Positions 1 through 14,004 are shown, counted from the stretch's first letter. The stretch: DNA of 64,000 bases from Octopus bimaculoides (GCF_001194135.2 NC_068990.1:17543825-17607824); one strand, 5' to 3'. A program made the numbers and translations. The notes: generated by a model not told the origin, from the sequence alone.

Positions 1-130
1 CCTAAATTTAAAATAATATTCTGGTAATTTTTTAATCATTGCTTTTCTATTGTTTATTTTCGTTGACAATGCCGTTCTTTACTTATATTTCCAATATAAA
101 CCGAAATCGTTGCCATTAATTAAAATTATA

Positions 131-235
131 AAGGCGGCGAGCTGGCAAAACCCTTAACACACCCAACAAAAATGCTTACTCAACTCTATACGTTGTGTTC
201 AAATTTTGCCGAGGGTGCCTTTGCGTTTCATTGTG
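131..235 (+). mobile_element. SINE head fragment (AAGGCGGCGAGCTGGCA...GTTCAAATT)
   Basis: Same family fragments at about 21505-21640, 32920-33560 (several tandem copies) and 52930-53030. Confidence 0.55.
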
Positions 236-3200
236 AATCAGCCCCTGAGATTCAGTGTGGAAAATGACATCAATACACCAGATTTTAAAATTTCCTCCAG
301 GTGCAGTCAAACAGAAAAGAGGCGCTATATGTATGAAGTTTGCAAACATGATGTAGATTTATAGTTGGAATATAGAATGTAGGTAATATCAAGTAATGTT
401 GCTTAATTACAATAATCATAATTTTCACTTTTTTCAAATTTCATTGTGCTTCCTTTTCTTCTTTCTCTTTTTCTTTCCCCTTTTTCCTTTTCTTTGTCTT
501 TCTTTTGTAAAAACTTATATTATGGATTTGTTTTTCAATGTGATTTTGTATTATTCATATATCATATACATACGTGTTATCTGTTATGAGGAAGAGAAAG
601 AAATCGTAAGACAAACGATTTATGAAAACAATCCTTCGCTTAGAGACAAAAACTTAAGGACCACCTTATACATGTATAATTTATTTACAGTATATTTAAA
701 TTCACAGCGTACACTTGTAACTGGGATTGAAGGTAAATCGTGTCATTATCTAAGTGTGTAAGTGCAGCATGGCTGATTGGTCAAATTCGCTTTGCATCAA
801 TGAGGTCGCGGGTTTGGTTCTAAGGCGTGGGGTAAATGTAATCTGTAACCATAAACTATATAAAAGCCCATTGGTGGATTATGCATGTAATTCAGAAGGT
901 ACAGCTTGTCACATGCTGATTCTGTTTGAGAATTACGTTAAAGATACGTGTATCTGTGAAATGTTCAATTTAAACACAGGTAGAATCAATTGATCGAATA
1001 AATGAATTTCGTGTCAAGCGACGGAGATCCACCACTGCCAGAAGTAAGAAGTATACAACACAGTGACCTCCCTTGTATTGCTGAACGTATATTTGCGCCA
1101 TTTCAAGTGGGGTAACTCTGTGAAACCTTTCGTTGATGAATAAAATAAATATTTATATCATTATTGTTTTCCCCTCCTAAACAATTCAGTTATTCCATTA
1201 TTTGAACTACTCAGTTACCTGCTCATTTATCCAGTAATGGTGTATTCCATAGATTTGTATACACATAGCGGACTCTTTTCAGGTAGAATCAGCCTTGACA
1301 GTGTGTGACAAGATATGTCTCATGGCACGTATCCAAGATTCCACGATCTACAGGATCGTAACGGTATCTATCAACGGTTTTTATTCAAAGATAAACAGAC
1401 TAACCAGCGCAGACCGTCGATCTGCTCGAAATAGCAGCACATTCTTTAAAATTTATATAGCATAGGCGCAGTTGTGTGGTAAGGAGCTTGCTTCCCAACC
1501 ACATGGCCTTGTGTTGATATATGAAGTTAGATTCACAAACATGAGGTTCCAAATTTGATCTTACTACGTGGTATCTTGGGCAAATGATGCGTTGGATCAT
1601 CCCATATCCTGTGAATGAAATTGTATTCTTGGAAACTGTATAGCAGTCCGGCGGGTGGATTGTACTTGTAATTCAAAAGATACAGCCTTGCCACATACTG
1701 TCACCCTGGCTGTATCAGCAAATTATGCTAAGGGTACACGAAACTGTGGAATACTCAGCCACTTACATGTTAACTGAGAAGCAATTGAATCCCCGTCGTC
1801 GAACGGTGGAGCTCCACTACTACCGTTATCGTGACACTGATGTTTCTGCTCTAAGGATAAAAAAATTCAATCACTATTAGGTAAACACTATTGTTGCATA
1901 AAACATCAACAAAGTACTCGACCGTGTCTGACACGTGAGTATCTTTGGATCGTGGCTTCTTGTTGATAGAATTCTTTCTGATTCACACTCAAGAATGGCA
2001 TGCCCCAATGTTAGGTTATAACCCCCTTTGCTCATTCTCTTCAACTTACCAGTCTAATTGTCGTCATCGCCAACAGCCCAGATGATACTATCCTTATTCC
2101 ACCTTCCTCATACATATACATCTTAGATGGCTCCCCGCAAAGCTCCCGCTTATCCCTTGAACAGAGCGAGACCTTTCGTCCTTCTTCCAATGGCGTCATG
2201 TCAATTATTTCCTTCATCAGGATAGAGCTATTTTTTATGGTTTTGTGTCGTTCCATAGGACTCAATATACTTCACATATCAAGAAAACACTACCGCCCTT
2301 TCCCCTGAACACGAATAACACGTAACTAGAACCCTCAAGGTAGCTTCAGGTGCTCGAACTCATGATCACCAAAAATGTCTCCCTACACTTTGGGTACAGG
2401 CTGTTTAGAGTCACAAAATATTTTATCCATACTATTTTGGCATCTATTCCTTAAAACCAGCTGGGTTTTTTTTCCTGTCACCGCCACCCAGGCATTCCTG
2501 AATCCATTCGTCTCTCGATATTCGTATTATGTCTATTCCATTCTCAGGCTCCGCACTAACCGTTTCTGAACATGTTTTACTTGCAGCCATTGAATTGTAA
2601 TCAATCAAACGGGGACGTTAACTGCAGTTGGTCTCATTGCTAACTGTGATGTCGATATAACTTCTTCTGGAACAAATAAATGATATGGAAGGGAGCATAG
2701 CGACTGCTCTCTATTCCTATAGAATAGTGATTCGTATATGTAGACAGAGATAGATAGTAACGTAAGTGATGAAATTTATTGGAAACTTTTAACTGATTGT
2801 AAACATAATCTGATATTGAACTCAATATGCTGGATAAACTAAATCGTCGTGTTTATTGTATCAAAAATTGACAGTCTAATCTGAGTTTTGCCGCAGGCAA
2901 ACCCTTTCTCCATTCAACAGACGTGAACAGCTCAGCTGTTAACTTTTGGTATATATGTCGTGTCTAGACATCCAGTGTTGTGCTTGCTGTTACAGACTTT
3001 GTTTTTTTTTTTATAACTTGCTAAAAAATGTCTTTTTTCCTTTAATGGAATTTTACAGATATATTTTTGAAGTTATACACTTCGATTATGTTGATAACAT
3101 TAATTTTTTTTTTTTTTTATCTAGGAGGAATTTTGGATCATTCTTCCTCTTCCAAGTTTGTTTCCTCATAACTCTCTTTAAAATGCATATTTTTAAATGA

Positions 3201-3610
3201 TATTTTGAAGAAATACGTTTTCGAGGGCGTAGATTATGTAATGCTGATGTTTCAAATATAGAAATCTCTAAAAAAAAAAATGTAAAAAGTGCTACAGTCG
3301 CGTAAATTGTGATAACAAAGGAGGAGTACGAATGATCTAAATCGCTTCTAAAAATGTTTTTTTCTACATTCTATCAGCATAATTTGTTACCTATATTCTC
3401 AAACCCGTATCTCTGCAACGTTTCATAACAAAAAATATGCATTTAAAAAAAGTTATGAAAAAAAAAGGAAGTCTAAGGAGTACGAGGCGCTAAATTGCAG
3501 TTATGCCATTTATATTAGACTGTTTACATATATTTGTGTATATGTCTGTCCGTCATTTATTAGTATGTTTACTAGCACATGCGTAGATAGAAAGTCACCT
3601 GACAGATTCT

Positions 3611-3668
3611 GACCAATCAAATATTCAGTTTATTGGCGCTGAATATTGTTTTACCGCGAAAAGTAAGC
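3611..3668 (+). promoter_or_regulatory. Candidate RIF1 core promoter / non-coding first-exon region (CCAAT boxes and E2F-like site)
   Basis: CCAAT 3613-3617, inverted ATTGG 3632-3636 followed by CGC, CCGCGAAAA 3654-3662 (TTTTCGCGG on the - strand, E2F-like), donor-like GTAAGC 3663 and GTAAGT 3722. The ATG exon has an acceptor at 8578-8579, so an upstream exon is expected. Confidence 0.45.
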
Positions 3669-6479
3669 ATGGAGATAATGTCGGTTTGTTCGTGTATAAC
3701 GTTTGTATATTTAATTTACATGTAAGTTTTATGTTATCTCTTATAAATAATTCTTAATTAGCAATCTTCATTATTGGTCATTCAATTTCTTTGCATTTTA
3801 CTTAGATTGATCACTTTACTGTGTTTTTGATATCCTTGTTATGGCCGACCTATGGTGTTATGTTTTGTTAAATGAATAGAAATTATTTTCTGAAGTGACG
3901 AAAGTCTTTTACCTCTTCACTTCTATAATCTCAGATGGAAGCTGGAAATATAATTATTATCATATTTATATATATGTAATGTTGTTTCTTCGATTTTAGT
4001 AGAAATGTAGTTTTAAACAATTGGAGATATTTTGTTACGGAAAATTACTTTTAACAAATTGGGCTGACTTTTGTTATTTACCAGAAAGTCGTACAACTAA
4101 ATTCTTTTTTGTTTTTGTAAACAGTATCGTAATTGATCTCTTTAAGATTGTCTTTTACATTTTCTTACCGTTATTTCCTATTATTTTTATTAAACATTTA
4201 GACGTAAGGCATATTTAGTCATTTTTACTTTAGGAGAAAATTTCAGTAATGCATTTAAAAAGTATCAGTTGCAAAACTTTTTGGAGCATTTGTGCTTTTA
4301 GAATATGAAACTCTAAATAAACAAAACAATTTCTAAAGAATATTTCAGTAATATTTAATTTGGTGGACTTCAATATAATGTCTTCAACTGTTTATTTACT
4401 AATTAGTGTGTTTATAATGAAGTATTAATTGCAAAAAAAATAGACTCGGCTGATGTTTAGAACATTAAAATCCATTAGACCTAATACGCTTAAAATATTC
4501 CCTAAAACTATTTATCGACTTTATATTTTATTTAATATCTTCAATTATTTATCTACTACATAAAAAAAACGAGGCGGGAGAATAAAATAAATATCTTTGT
4601 CACAAATTATAACTTATATGTAGTTTAATGAATTGAGTTTAAATATCTTTTTTAAATTTAGTATTTTCAATATTTGGTTAGAGTAATAAAGTGAAGGAAG
4701 GATATTTATGTACCCATTTTTTAAATTTGGAACATCCTGGCGATTTCCCGCAATTTCTTATAAAAACGTATTTGTGTGTGTGTGTTTATATATCCATATT
4801 TCTCTCATTTTTAAAATCCCTCCCAATTTGATCGCCATTTCCTCTGTCTCAATTATTTTCAACATGAATATTAATTCTCAAAAGGATTATCGTTCCTCCG
4901 CCGCGGATTTTTTCCTGGGTTGTAATCAGTGTCTATGCTAAGATTTAGGCAGTTCTAGGTGCCATCTTATTTTTGCATATAAAACTCTCCGGCCTTTCAT
5001 TGTCCTGCCTAATATAGACAAGCAGTGGGTGTCATTCACTGAATTTCCCGGAGGAATTGGAGAAGCTCCATAATTACTACAGTTTTTTGATATATGCTTT
5101 TCCTGATTTCTTTCTGACATTGGACGGGAACAAACTTAGAGGAGGGAATGTTTTCACTTAGTCTAATTAAAAAATTAATTCCACTTGAACCACCCTAACT
5201 AGAGAAGGCACTGCATTACTGCTTAATAGTCTGTCTTCATCAGGAAAGTTAAACCCTATTTTAGTACAAGTTAATTTCTCTTATGAAGCTTGTTCTCGAG
5301 TTTTCTTTTTCTTCATAGGGCAGAACAATGGTCTATTCCATGCAACTTTCCATCAAAACCCCAGCTATGTTTTGACAGCTACGTAAAAGCTCTGTCCTCT
5401 GTTCATTTTTCTCTATTATAGCAGATTAATTTAGTTACTTGGATCAGTGGATAGGATGTTTGCAATAATAATGCTGGTTTCAGTCCTGATTTTATTCATG
5501 AAAACTAAATTTGAAGTGAGCAGAAATTACAATTTAAAGCCCCCCCCCTCCCAAGAAGTGCAGAATGATTGAATTACAGTAAAAACGAAATATATAAATG
5601 CTTTTTTTTTTTTTACGTTTTTATTAATGGCTTAGTCTGACGAGGAAAGGCAATGACCAAAACCATTTGTTTTGGAGACTGGTGAGAGAAAGGGAGAAAG
5701 AAACTATGGGTCTTGAGTTGGTCCTCAGATTGGAGTCCTGGTCCAAATTCTAATAGAATGGACTCTAAATGGCTTTGGAAATAATGGAAACTCAGAATCA
5801 AGCAATGGGTGTTGAGAAANNNNNNNNNNNNNNNNNNNNNNNNNNNNNNNNNNNNNNNNNNNNNNNNNNNNNNNNNNNNNNNNNNNNNNNNNNNNNNNNN
5901 NNNNNNNNAGTCTATGTAGATATCTAGAATAAGGTATATGCTGGGTGGTGTAAGGAATTTTGGATAATAAGCCATTATGTAAAATAGCAGCTGATGAAAG
6001 AGATAATTCTACAAAAGCTTCATAACTACTTCTCAAGATGATAGCATTAAGATTACTCCTTTAAATCTAATGGTTATTTGATATTGTTTTGAATTTATCA
6101 TACGTTATCGTGTAGCTTTGAGATTTATCGATGTGATTGTTAATTTTTAGAATGATATTTATTGTAGGGTTGGTGTGAGAAGCTGGATTTGACTAGTTTG
6201 AGCATAAAATGGGTAAAGTATTTTGGCTGGTCTAAATGCTAAAGAGTTAAACTGTTGGGAAGGAGATAATCTCAAACTGAAGACCAGACCCAAATGTTTG
6301 CAACAATATAAATTCTATTAAAGAACATGTCAGGTGGTGGGTATAAGCTGGATGATTGGTTAAGTCTACCATGGTATGATTTGAGCTCTGTGTAAAGAGA
6401 TGAAACAAATGCCACAAATGTATTCAGTCCAACATTCTTACAGTTCTGCTGATGACTACCCTGGATTGGTACCTTTTTA

Positions 6480-6765
6480 TTGGAGTTCCTGGCTGTTAAT
6501 TGGAAGGCTTGGAGATGTGTGTGTTGCTGGAGTAGAACACTTTGAAACCAAATAGGAGACTGCATGAAGAGAGACAGAGACGTCTTCAATCCCCTACAGC
6601 TTTTGTTCAGGGTCACTTCCAGTGCCACAAGATTTGCCCATCTTGTATTGGCTTTTTCAGCCATGTCTGTTGCCATGAGAAACAATGTGCTGGAGGCAGA
6701 GGAGGATGAATGTCTTGGATTGACACTTGTCATCACTTTTGATGGTCTGTCATGAGCAAGCAAGG
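6480..6765 (+). mobile_element. Degenerate 3' end of an RTE-clade LINE
   Basis: Frameshifted translation LEFLAVNWKAWR / GVEHFETK / EERQRRLQ...QCHKICPSCIGFFSHVCCH resembles the RTE ORF2 C-terminus (WExLAxDRxxWR...CxxCxRxCxSRIGLxSHxRxH); ends in GCAAGCAAG. Confidence 0.5.
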
Positions 6766-8595
6766 AAAGAGAGTTGGAAGGCAAAATTGAACCCAAAGTG
6801 CAGAGAATGTGAACAGATACTGCAAAACATCCAGCTTGAGGTTCTTACATTTACACCAATCTGTTATTCTGGATGGTACTTCTATTTTTATCAACCCCCA
6901 GTAAAGATAAAAGGGCAATGTTGACCTTAGTGTAACTTGAACTCATTGCAGAGAGTCAGAACAGTCTGTCTGATGCTCTAATGACTCTTCCAGTTTGCCA
7001 CCATATAAACTGCACATCATCCCACTAATTTCTGTTCTATTCTCTTTTCTGAGCCACTCCTATATCTCCCTCCTTCCCCGTCTCCATATTGGTATTTCCA
7101 ATCTGCACCCCCTCCTTTATTCATCACTCAATATATTTTTACCTCAACCTGTTTACTCTCCCCTCACACTTTTATGAAAGCATCCACTCCTCTCATCCCC
7201 TCCCATGATCCCCTGTCCATGTTCTCTCATGCACACCTTGTACCTTGAGAGTTTTCTCTAGCACCTCATCACTACCTTCCTTTTATCTCCTTCAGTTATG
7301 TATCTCCTCTGTAGTAAGACACCTGTATTTGTCCCTCTCTCATACTTTCAGCCTTTCAACACCTGGCATACAACCGTCCACTTCCAACTTCCCCTCCCGG
7401 ATACTTCCTCTTAGTAGAAGCTTTTTCCTTTTCCTTTTTATGTGTTCGTTTTTGTCTTGCAAGTTACATAGCAACCACATTAGTGTTGATGCCATAGAGA
7501 AAAAAAGCATCCAGTACACTGATGTGGTTGGCATTAGGAAGTGCATCCATCCATAGAGACCATGCCAAAGATAACATTGAAGCTTGACACAGCTCTGCAG
7601 CTCACCGTTCCCTGCCAAACCGTCCTATCCATGCTAACCTGGGAAGCAGACATTAAATGATGATGATGAAACTGTAACAGATAATCTCTACCATCTAAAG
7701 AGCAAGCCAAGCACTGATCATCCAATAGACTTCAGCAGTCTTCAACTACAGTTTTACTCACATTTGCCCAAGGTACCATGCAGTGGGACTGAACCTGGAA
7801 CCATGTGGTTGGTAAGCAAGCTACTTACCACACAGCCGCTGATCTGATGCTGTGTGAGAGGACATTTGGTCAGTGTCACGCAGTGAGTTTGAACCCAGGA
7901 TCATGTGGTTTTGAATTAAATTTCTTAAGCAGATGCTCTTGTTAAAACAGGCACGGCCAAGGATGTGAGATTAAGAATTTTGCTTTCAGTCACATGGTTT
8001 TAGGTTCAGTCTTATTGTGTGGCACCTTGAGCAAGTTTCTTCTAATATAGCACCTGGCCAACCAAAGCCTTGTGGGTGATAGTTGTAAATGAGTGCCACT
8101 GTGATGCAAGTGGTGTCACTCATTTCCATAATTCTGCAAAAACATGTTTGGTCATGGAGGAATATTATTACCCTTGCTTGGAAACAAGTGATGTTTAGTG
8201 ACAGGAAGGGCACCTGATCCATACAAGAAGGTAAAAAATGGATGTTAAAAGTGATACTGATAATGATTTTCTTAGTGAAACTCCTTGATGAATATTCAGT
8301 AGTACAATACCATAACTATTGACCCACCATAATCTCATCATATCTTTGTACATTTTTGGTTATGACTTACTGCTAACCACCAAACTGCACAAGTCTATCT
8401 ACTCTGTTCTCTGGTGTCCACCACATATCAAGTGTGTGTGCCACTTCAGCTTTATGGCTTCATTTGCCAATCTGTTGTGGCAGATCTGCTCTGGTAATTT
8501 TTTTGTTTTCTGTTGTGATATGAGAGATTTGTTTATTGTTTTTACTATTTATATAAATGTTTATCTTTTTATTTTTAAGGTCATAATCATCAACC

Positions 8596-8708
8596 ATGCT
8601 TGTCACAAAAGCAAACGAGGAAATGAAATTAACTGATATACTCTCTGTATTGCGATCACCTGATTGCACGACAAAAGCTAGACTAGAAACATACACTACA
8701 TTCTCAGA
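8596..8708 (+). CDS. RIF1: RIF1 coding exon 1 (MLVTKANEEMKLTDILSVLRSPDCTTKARLETYTTFS)
   Basis: Acceptor AG 8578-79, ATG 8596, donor GTAAGT 8709, phase 2 matches the next exon. Loosely resembles human LLETLEDPSA...TDAYLTL. Confidence 0.8.
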
Positions 8709-8999
8709 GTAAGTAGACATTTTTCTTTCTTTGCATTATATTTTTTCACTAAAACTTACATCCAGGTACCAATTCTGGTATTTGACATTTTCTCTCAGCT
8801 ATTTTCTAGTCTGAAGACATATGACTTAGCAGTTAGACTGTTGCACTCATGATCATAAGATTGTCATTTCAATTCCTGGACCAGGCAGTGCGTTGTATTC
8901 TTGAACAAAAACTTCATTTCATATTACTCCACTCGGCTGGTAAATATGAGTAGGACACTAAACTCGGCTTGTGAAGACCTGTTGGGACAAGTGAAATCG

Positions 9000-9421
9000 A
9001 AATCGTGATTGGACCAAATTCGATGACTGGTACCTGTGCCAGTAGGGCGCTAAGAGCACTGTCCAAGCGTGATTGTTGCCAGAGCACCAGCTGTCTGGCT
9101 TCCATGCCAGTGGCACGCGAAAAAACATTCAAGCGAGGTCATTGCCAGTGCCGCTAGACTGGCTCCTGTGCAGGTGGCACGTAAAAAACACCATTTTGAG
9201 CGTGGCCGTTGCCAGTACCACCTGACTGGCCCTCATGCCGGTGGCACATAAAAGCACCCACTACACTCTCAGAGTAGTTGGCGTTAGGAAGGATATGCAG
9301 CTGCAGAAATTCTGCCAGATCAGATTGGAGCCTGGTGTAGCCTTCTGGTTCGCCAGTTGTCAGTCAAATTGTCCAACCCATGCTAGCATGGAAGGCGGAT
9401 GTTAAACGATGATGCTGATGA
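9000..9421 (+). mobile_element. Same SINE family, with internal ~60-bp tandem units
   Basis: Repeated GCCAGT...ACTGGC...GGTGGCACGTAAAA units, then GTTGGCGTTAGGAAGG...CCATGCTAGCATGG...GTTAAACGATGATG tail. Confidence 0.8.
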
Positions 9422-12400
9422 ACTCTTTAGCTAACTGGTGTTCTATCGAGGTGGAGTATATATGCAACAGAATCGGCCTTATGAGCCTGTGACTTGGGAA
9501 GGAACTTTTTGATTTTCTAGGGTGCCAGTTCCATGTAAAAAGCACTCTGTACACTCTGTAAAGTAGTTGGCATTAGGAAGGGCATCTGGCCAAAATGGAC
9601 AATTGGAGCCTGGTGCAATTCTACGGCTTGCCAGCTCCTGCCAAACCATTCAACCCATACTGGCAGGGAAAACAGATGTTAATTGATGGTGGTGATGTTA
9701 GGTTGTATGTGTATTCGTGTTCATTTTAACAAACATATAATGTAGGGTAGTCATGTATATTCTTTGTCCCGCCATCATACTTCAGCCCCCAACACCTGGA
9801 TTAAAACTACTTCTCCATCTCAAACATTCACGTTGTTTAGTGGAAGAAGAGCTTTTCCTGCCTTTTTTTCTTGCTGCAAGTTACTTGGCAGAGCTACTCA
9901 TGATTAACATAAAAAACACCAGAAGACACTGTAAAGTGGTTGGTGTTCAGGAAGGCATCTGGCTATAGAAACATGCCAAGACTGACATTGAAGCTTGACA
10001 CAGCTCTGTTGGATCCTGCTGAGCCAACCAACCCATACCAGCATGGGAAATGATGTTTGTGGGTTTTTATTTTACTGAAGAAAACAAAGTCTGTGTAAGT
10101 TGTGGGCCTAACATGGTTATCATCATCCATTGATTACAACTTGTGGTGGAGTTGGACATGGTGATGGTATGCTGCATGTCCTATTTCATCATCAATGACC
10201 TGAGGTCATCAACAGTCATACCAGCAGTCATTAATCAGAGACTTGACCATGGTTTTAGAAGGATGCTCATGGTTCACCTTTCCCAAAGGTTGGTTCCCAG
10301 ATGATTTGGCTAACAGGCAACTTTGGGTGTCACAAAGAAGCTGTAGCCAGTCATCTTGCTATCTTGTCAACTGGAGAAGATCAGAAGACAGCAAGATGAT
10401 TGGTTGCCATCTGCATCTGTTTGAAGCTGAAGGTCATTTGAAATATCAACAAACTTAGCCATGGATGTAGTGAGAATCGAAATTTAACATCTATAAAGAA
10501 GCGTTGTCTTGATTGCTGCCAGGAAAAGTTGTCTGAAGAGGTTCAGGTATTCCACATAATAATGAGCACTTACCTGATGTCTCTCTACACCTTCATCTCT
10601 CTTTCTGAGGTACAAGACTTAAGAAACTTAGTTGATTTGAGTATCTTTAATCATCTTTAGCATACATACTGTGTAGTTCGTCTTAGTATTGTGGTGTGAC
10701 AGAAAAGGTAACATGCTGCTGGGTTAACACTTGCAAGCATTCTAAGCAGCAGACCCTTTATATCCTTCCTGAGGCTCTGGCTCCTTGAAACAAATTTCAT
10801 TTTAAAGAGATCATGTTGGAATTAATACTTTCTATCATAATCCCATTTAGGAATCGGTTGCATTTAACCTCAGATGTTCATCCTAGCTGTCAACCATATT
10901 GGTCTTCCTACTCTAGGTGAGTTGGCAAAAGTCATGGCTGGTGCTCCTCATTTACTGAAGGGCTTACAAAGAAAAGAAAGAAACCTCTGATAATGTGGTG
11001 TGTGTGTTTGTATTGTGTTATCGTAGGCAAGTGTCCTGAGCTGATTAAAGTACAGATTTGATAGATGGAAAATGAGTGAAGCTCATCATCATTTAACATC
11101 CGTCTTTCATGCTGGCTTGGATTGGATCTGATGGGTTACAGGACTGCATCATGGTATTACATTCACTTTGACATGGTTGTTTACCAGCTGATATCTTACA
11201 GTATCATCTATGTTATATTTTGATGGCGTTTCTATGGTTAGATGCTCTTCCTAAAGCCAACCATGTCTGTCTCTCTGTCTTCACTTAATAGTTGCAGATG
11301 CATGTTACCACCACAGAAATGGTCTCATTCATTTTCAATCTTTCAAGGAAATGTGTGGCCCTGAGGAAATATCTGTTGGAAACTGAGGATTGCTGACAGG
11401 GAGAGCATTCATTATGCCATAGAAAATCTGCCTCAATGATCTCTTTGATTGCAGTTCTTATTAACTGAAGCTAAACAACTAATATATCAGGCTTTAGATA
11501 TTTTATTACTCTTCCAAAGTCTAGATTAGTTTGAAAATTGAAATAGTTAAGGCAGATTACATGCTAGAAGTATAACTGTGAAAGTATTAAACTTTTTTTT
11601 TCCCATATTGTTCTAAATCAATGGCTGTGAATTTCATCAGTATATATTTCCCATACATAACTGGTGCTCTTGAAGAAAAACATTAATACAACACATTATC
11701 ATTGCTTTCCTCCTCTCTCATTGTTTTACTTTTATATTGTGCTCTATCTAGCTATTGGGTTAATAGTAAAACTGCAGCCCCTCTTTAAAAAAAGCAATAA
11801 ACAAATCCTGTACAAAATGTGGTTACTCTACCATTAACACTAGCATTTAAACCAGCCATGACTGACTTAAATAGTTTAAGGCACAAATTGTCCAGATCTG
11901 GCCTATCACACATACCCTACAATGTCATTCAAGAAATAAACAATTATATCACTGAAATCTCAATGTTACAAGATAATGCATGATTAACTCAAAACAATGT
12001 ACATAAGCTTTACATTCGACAGGGTAATCTGAATGCGAAAAGTTTAAGACAGTTTTGTGATTTGAAGATCTGGTAACCATTTCTAGAAGGTTAAACAAAT
12101 CTGAGGAACTTACATTCATTATACATTCTTAGTTGTAACAATTTCATTTCACAGATTGTTAATAAACCCTTTTAAATTACACTATGAAAGTTTTGCTATT
12201 TCCTTTGGAAATTTATGCAGCTATATTCAAAATTTAAAAGCTGCTCAGAATAAATTTTGGTCTTAAATATTAATGTTTTTTTTAAATAATACCTTGCATT
12301 GGTCATCTTGACCTTATCTTTCCAGTATTAAGTATCGTTGAAGTATTGAGCCAGTTTTATTGACCTCCTCACCTTATTTTTAAGTACCAGCCAATAGTGG

Positions 12401-13619
12401 AAGAACTTTAAGACTGACTGTCCTCTCTCCTATGAAATGCATCAAGCTACTTGACCCTTTTGTTCTTTTGTTACCGTATTTTTGTTGAAATGTCTTTCAA
12501 TTGCTAATCTCTTGTTGATGGTCACATGTCCCATAGATGATTACAGTGTTAGTCAAACTGACGAGTTTCCTGAACAATGATCATAAAAGTGTAATTTGTT
12601 CAGTGAAGTAGGAAGAAATCCAAATTATTTTTTCATGCTTAGGATTTTATTCCCTACTACCATCCCAATGATAGTGGCATTTCCACTCTTTTCGAGGCCT
12701 CAAGATAGGGGAATGGCCTGTAAATATATAGGTGAACTGCCAATATTCTGTTGAAACACTCGACTTTTAGTTCAATTAATTTCAAAAATAATGAATTTAG
12801 TAAAATAACTTTCATTATTAACTGCATTTGGAAGACAAATTATTGACTGGTGATTGAAACAACACAATTTTTGTTGGATTATAATTTAGATTACTTAAGA
12901 CAAAATTTGTATTGTAGAACCAGGCCAGTCTTGATTGAAGTGGTATCAAAAATATAGTATTTTACAAAGAAAAAATTCTGTTTGAATATGAGATTATGGA
13001 TCAGAACTTAATAAATTATTCTTGCTTTCTGATATTGGCATGAGGTCAGATTTTGTAGATGTCTCCTTAACACTTCTTATATATATGTCTTCAGTGTGTC
13101 TCAAGATTCCACTCAATCTTTTACTCCCTTCTTGTCCCTTCTGCCTCAGATCCCCTCTTACACAACCCACCCTACCACATTTTCAACTCTACCTCCCCCT
13201 CTTTCAATCCTCTTATAAATCTCTTATTACTCTTGCCTGTTCTATCAGGTGTAGTTGCCATTTGCATGTTATGAGGCAATCTTCCTTAGTGCTGGAGCCA
13301 TGGAAAAAGGCGGGGGCAGTACACCCTGTGAAGTAGTTGTTAGAAAAGACATCCAGCTGTTAAAGCAGACATTGGAGCCTGGGACATTCCTCTGACATGC
13401 CATATTCTGTCTAACCATCCAACTCATTCCAGCATGGATGACAGACATTTATTGATAATGTGAATTTAAAGAGACCCTAGTAGTTGGCAAGTCCTTCATT
13501 AAGAAAAAATTAAAGGGAAAGTTAGCACTGCTTGGTTTTGGACAGGAAATTAATTATGAAATCTGAATTTTATTGTTGTCAGTGTTGTTGCTAATACTTT
13601 TTTTCTTCATCTTTTCTAG

Positions 13620-13787
13620 TAAACTGAAAATGGAGACTAACGACATGGCTTTTGTACAAGATGTTGCCAAGAGTAGCAGACAGGTGATCTCATTGATACA
13701 ATCTGATATTTTGGGATCTTCATCAGAACTTACTGAGAATGCATTGCAAGTGTTAGGGCTCTGCCTACAGAATCAAACCATTATCAA
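13620..13787 (+). CDS. RIF1: RIF1 coding exon 2 (KLKMETNDMAF...SELTENALQVLGLCLQNQTII)
   Basis: TTTTCTAG acceptor, GTAAGT donor 13788; matches human SELSSAALQALGFCLYN. Confidence 0.92.
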
Positions 13788-14004
13788 GTAAGTTTTTTTT
13801 ATTGTTCTCTAATTTTTCTCTCTCTTTTCCTCTCTTCTGCTTTCACTCATACTCTCCCGCCTTCATTTTATTGATGAACTATGCCCCCTCCCCTTCATTC
13901 ATTGACTGCTTTCACCTTCGGAATCTAACTTTGGGAGCTAAAACTTGTAGCAACTTGTGAAGGGAAATTTTTAGTAGTTTTTGTCTTTTGTTATTTTTTT
14001 ACAG

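Noticed and set aside
301-382. Exon-like segment (TTTCCTCCAG acceptor, GTAATA donor)
   Set aside because: Stops in all three frames and no recognisable homology.
396-761. 121-aa ORF rich in F/L
   Set aside because: Derived from T-rich low-complexity sequence; no coding signature.
6272-6796. 174-aa minus-strand ORF
   Set aside because: Antisense to the degenerate RTE LINE remnant; no independent homology.
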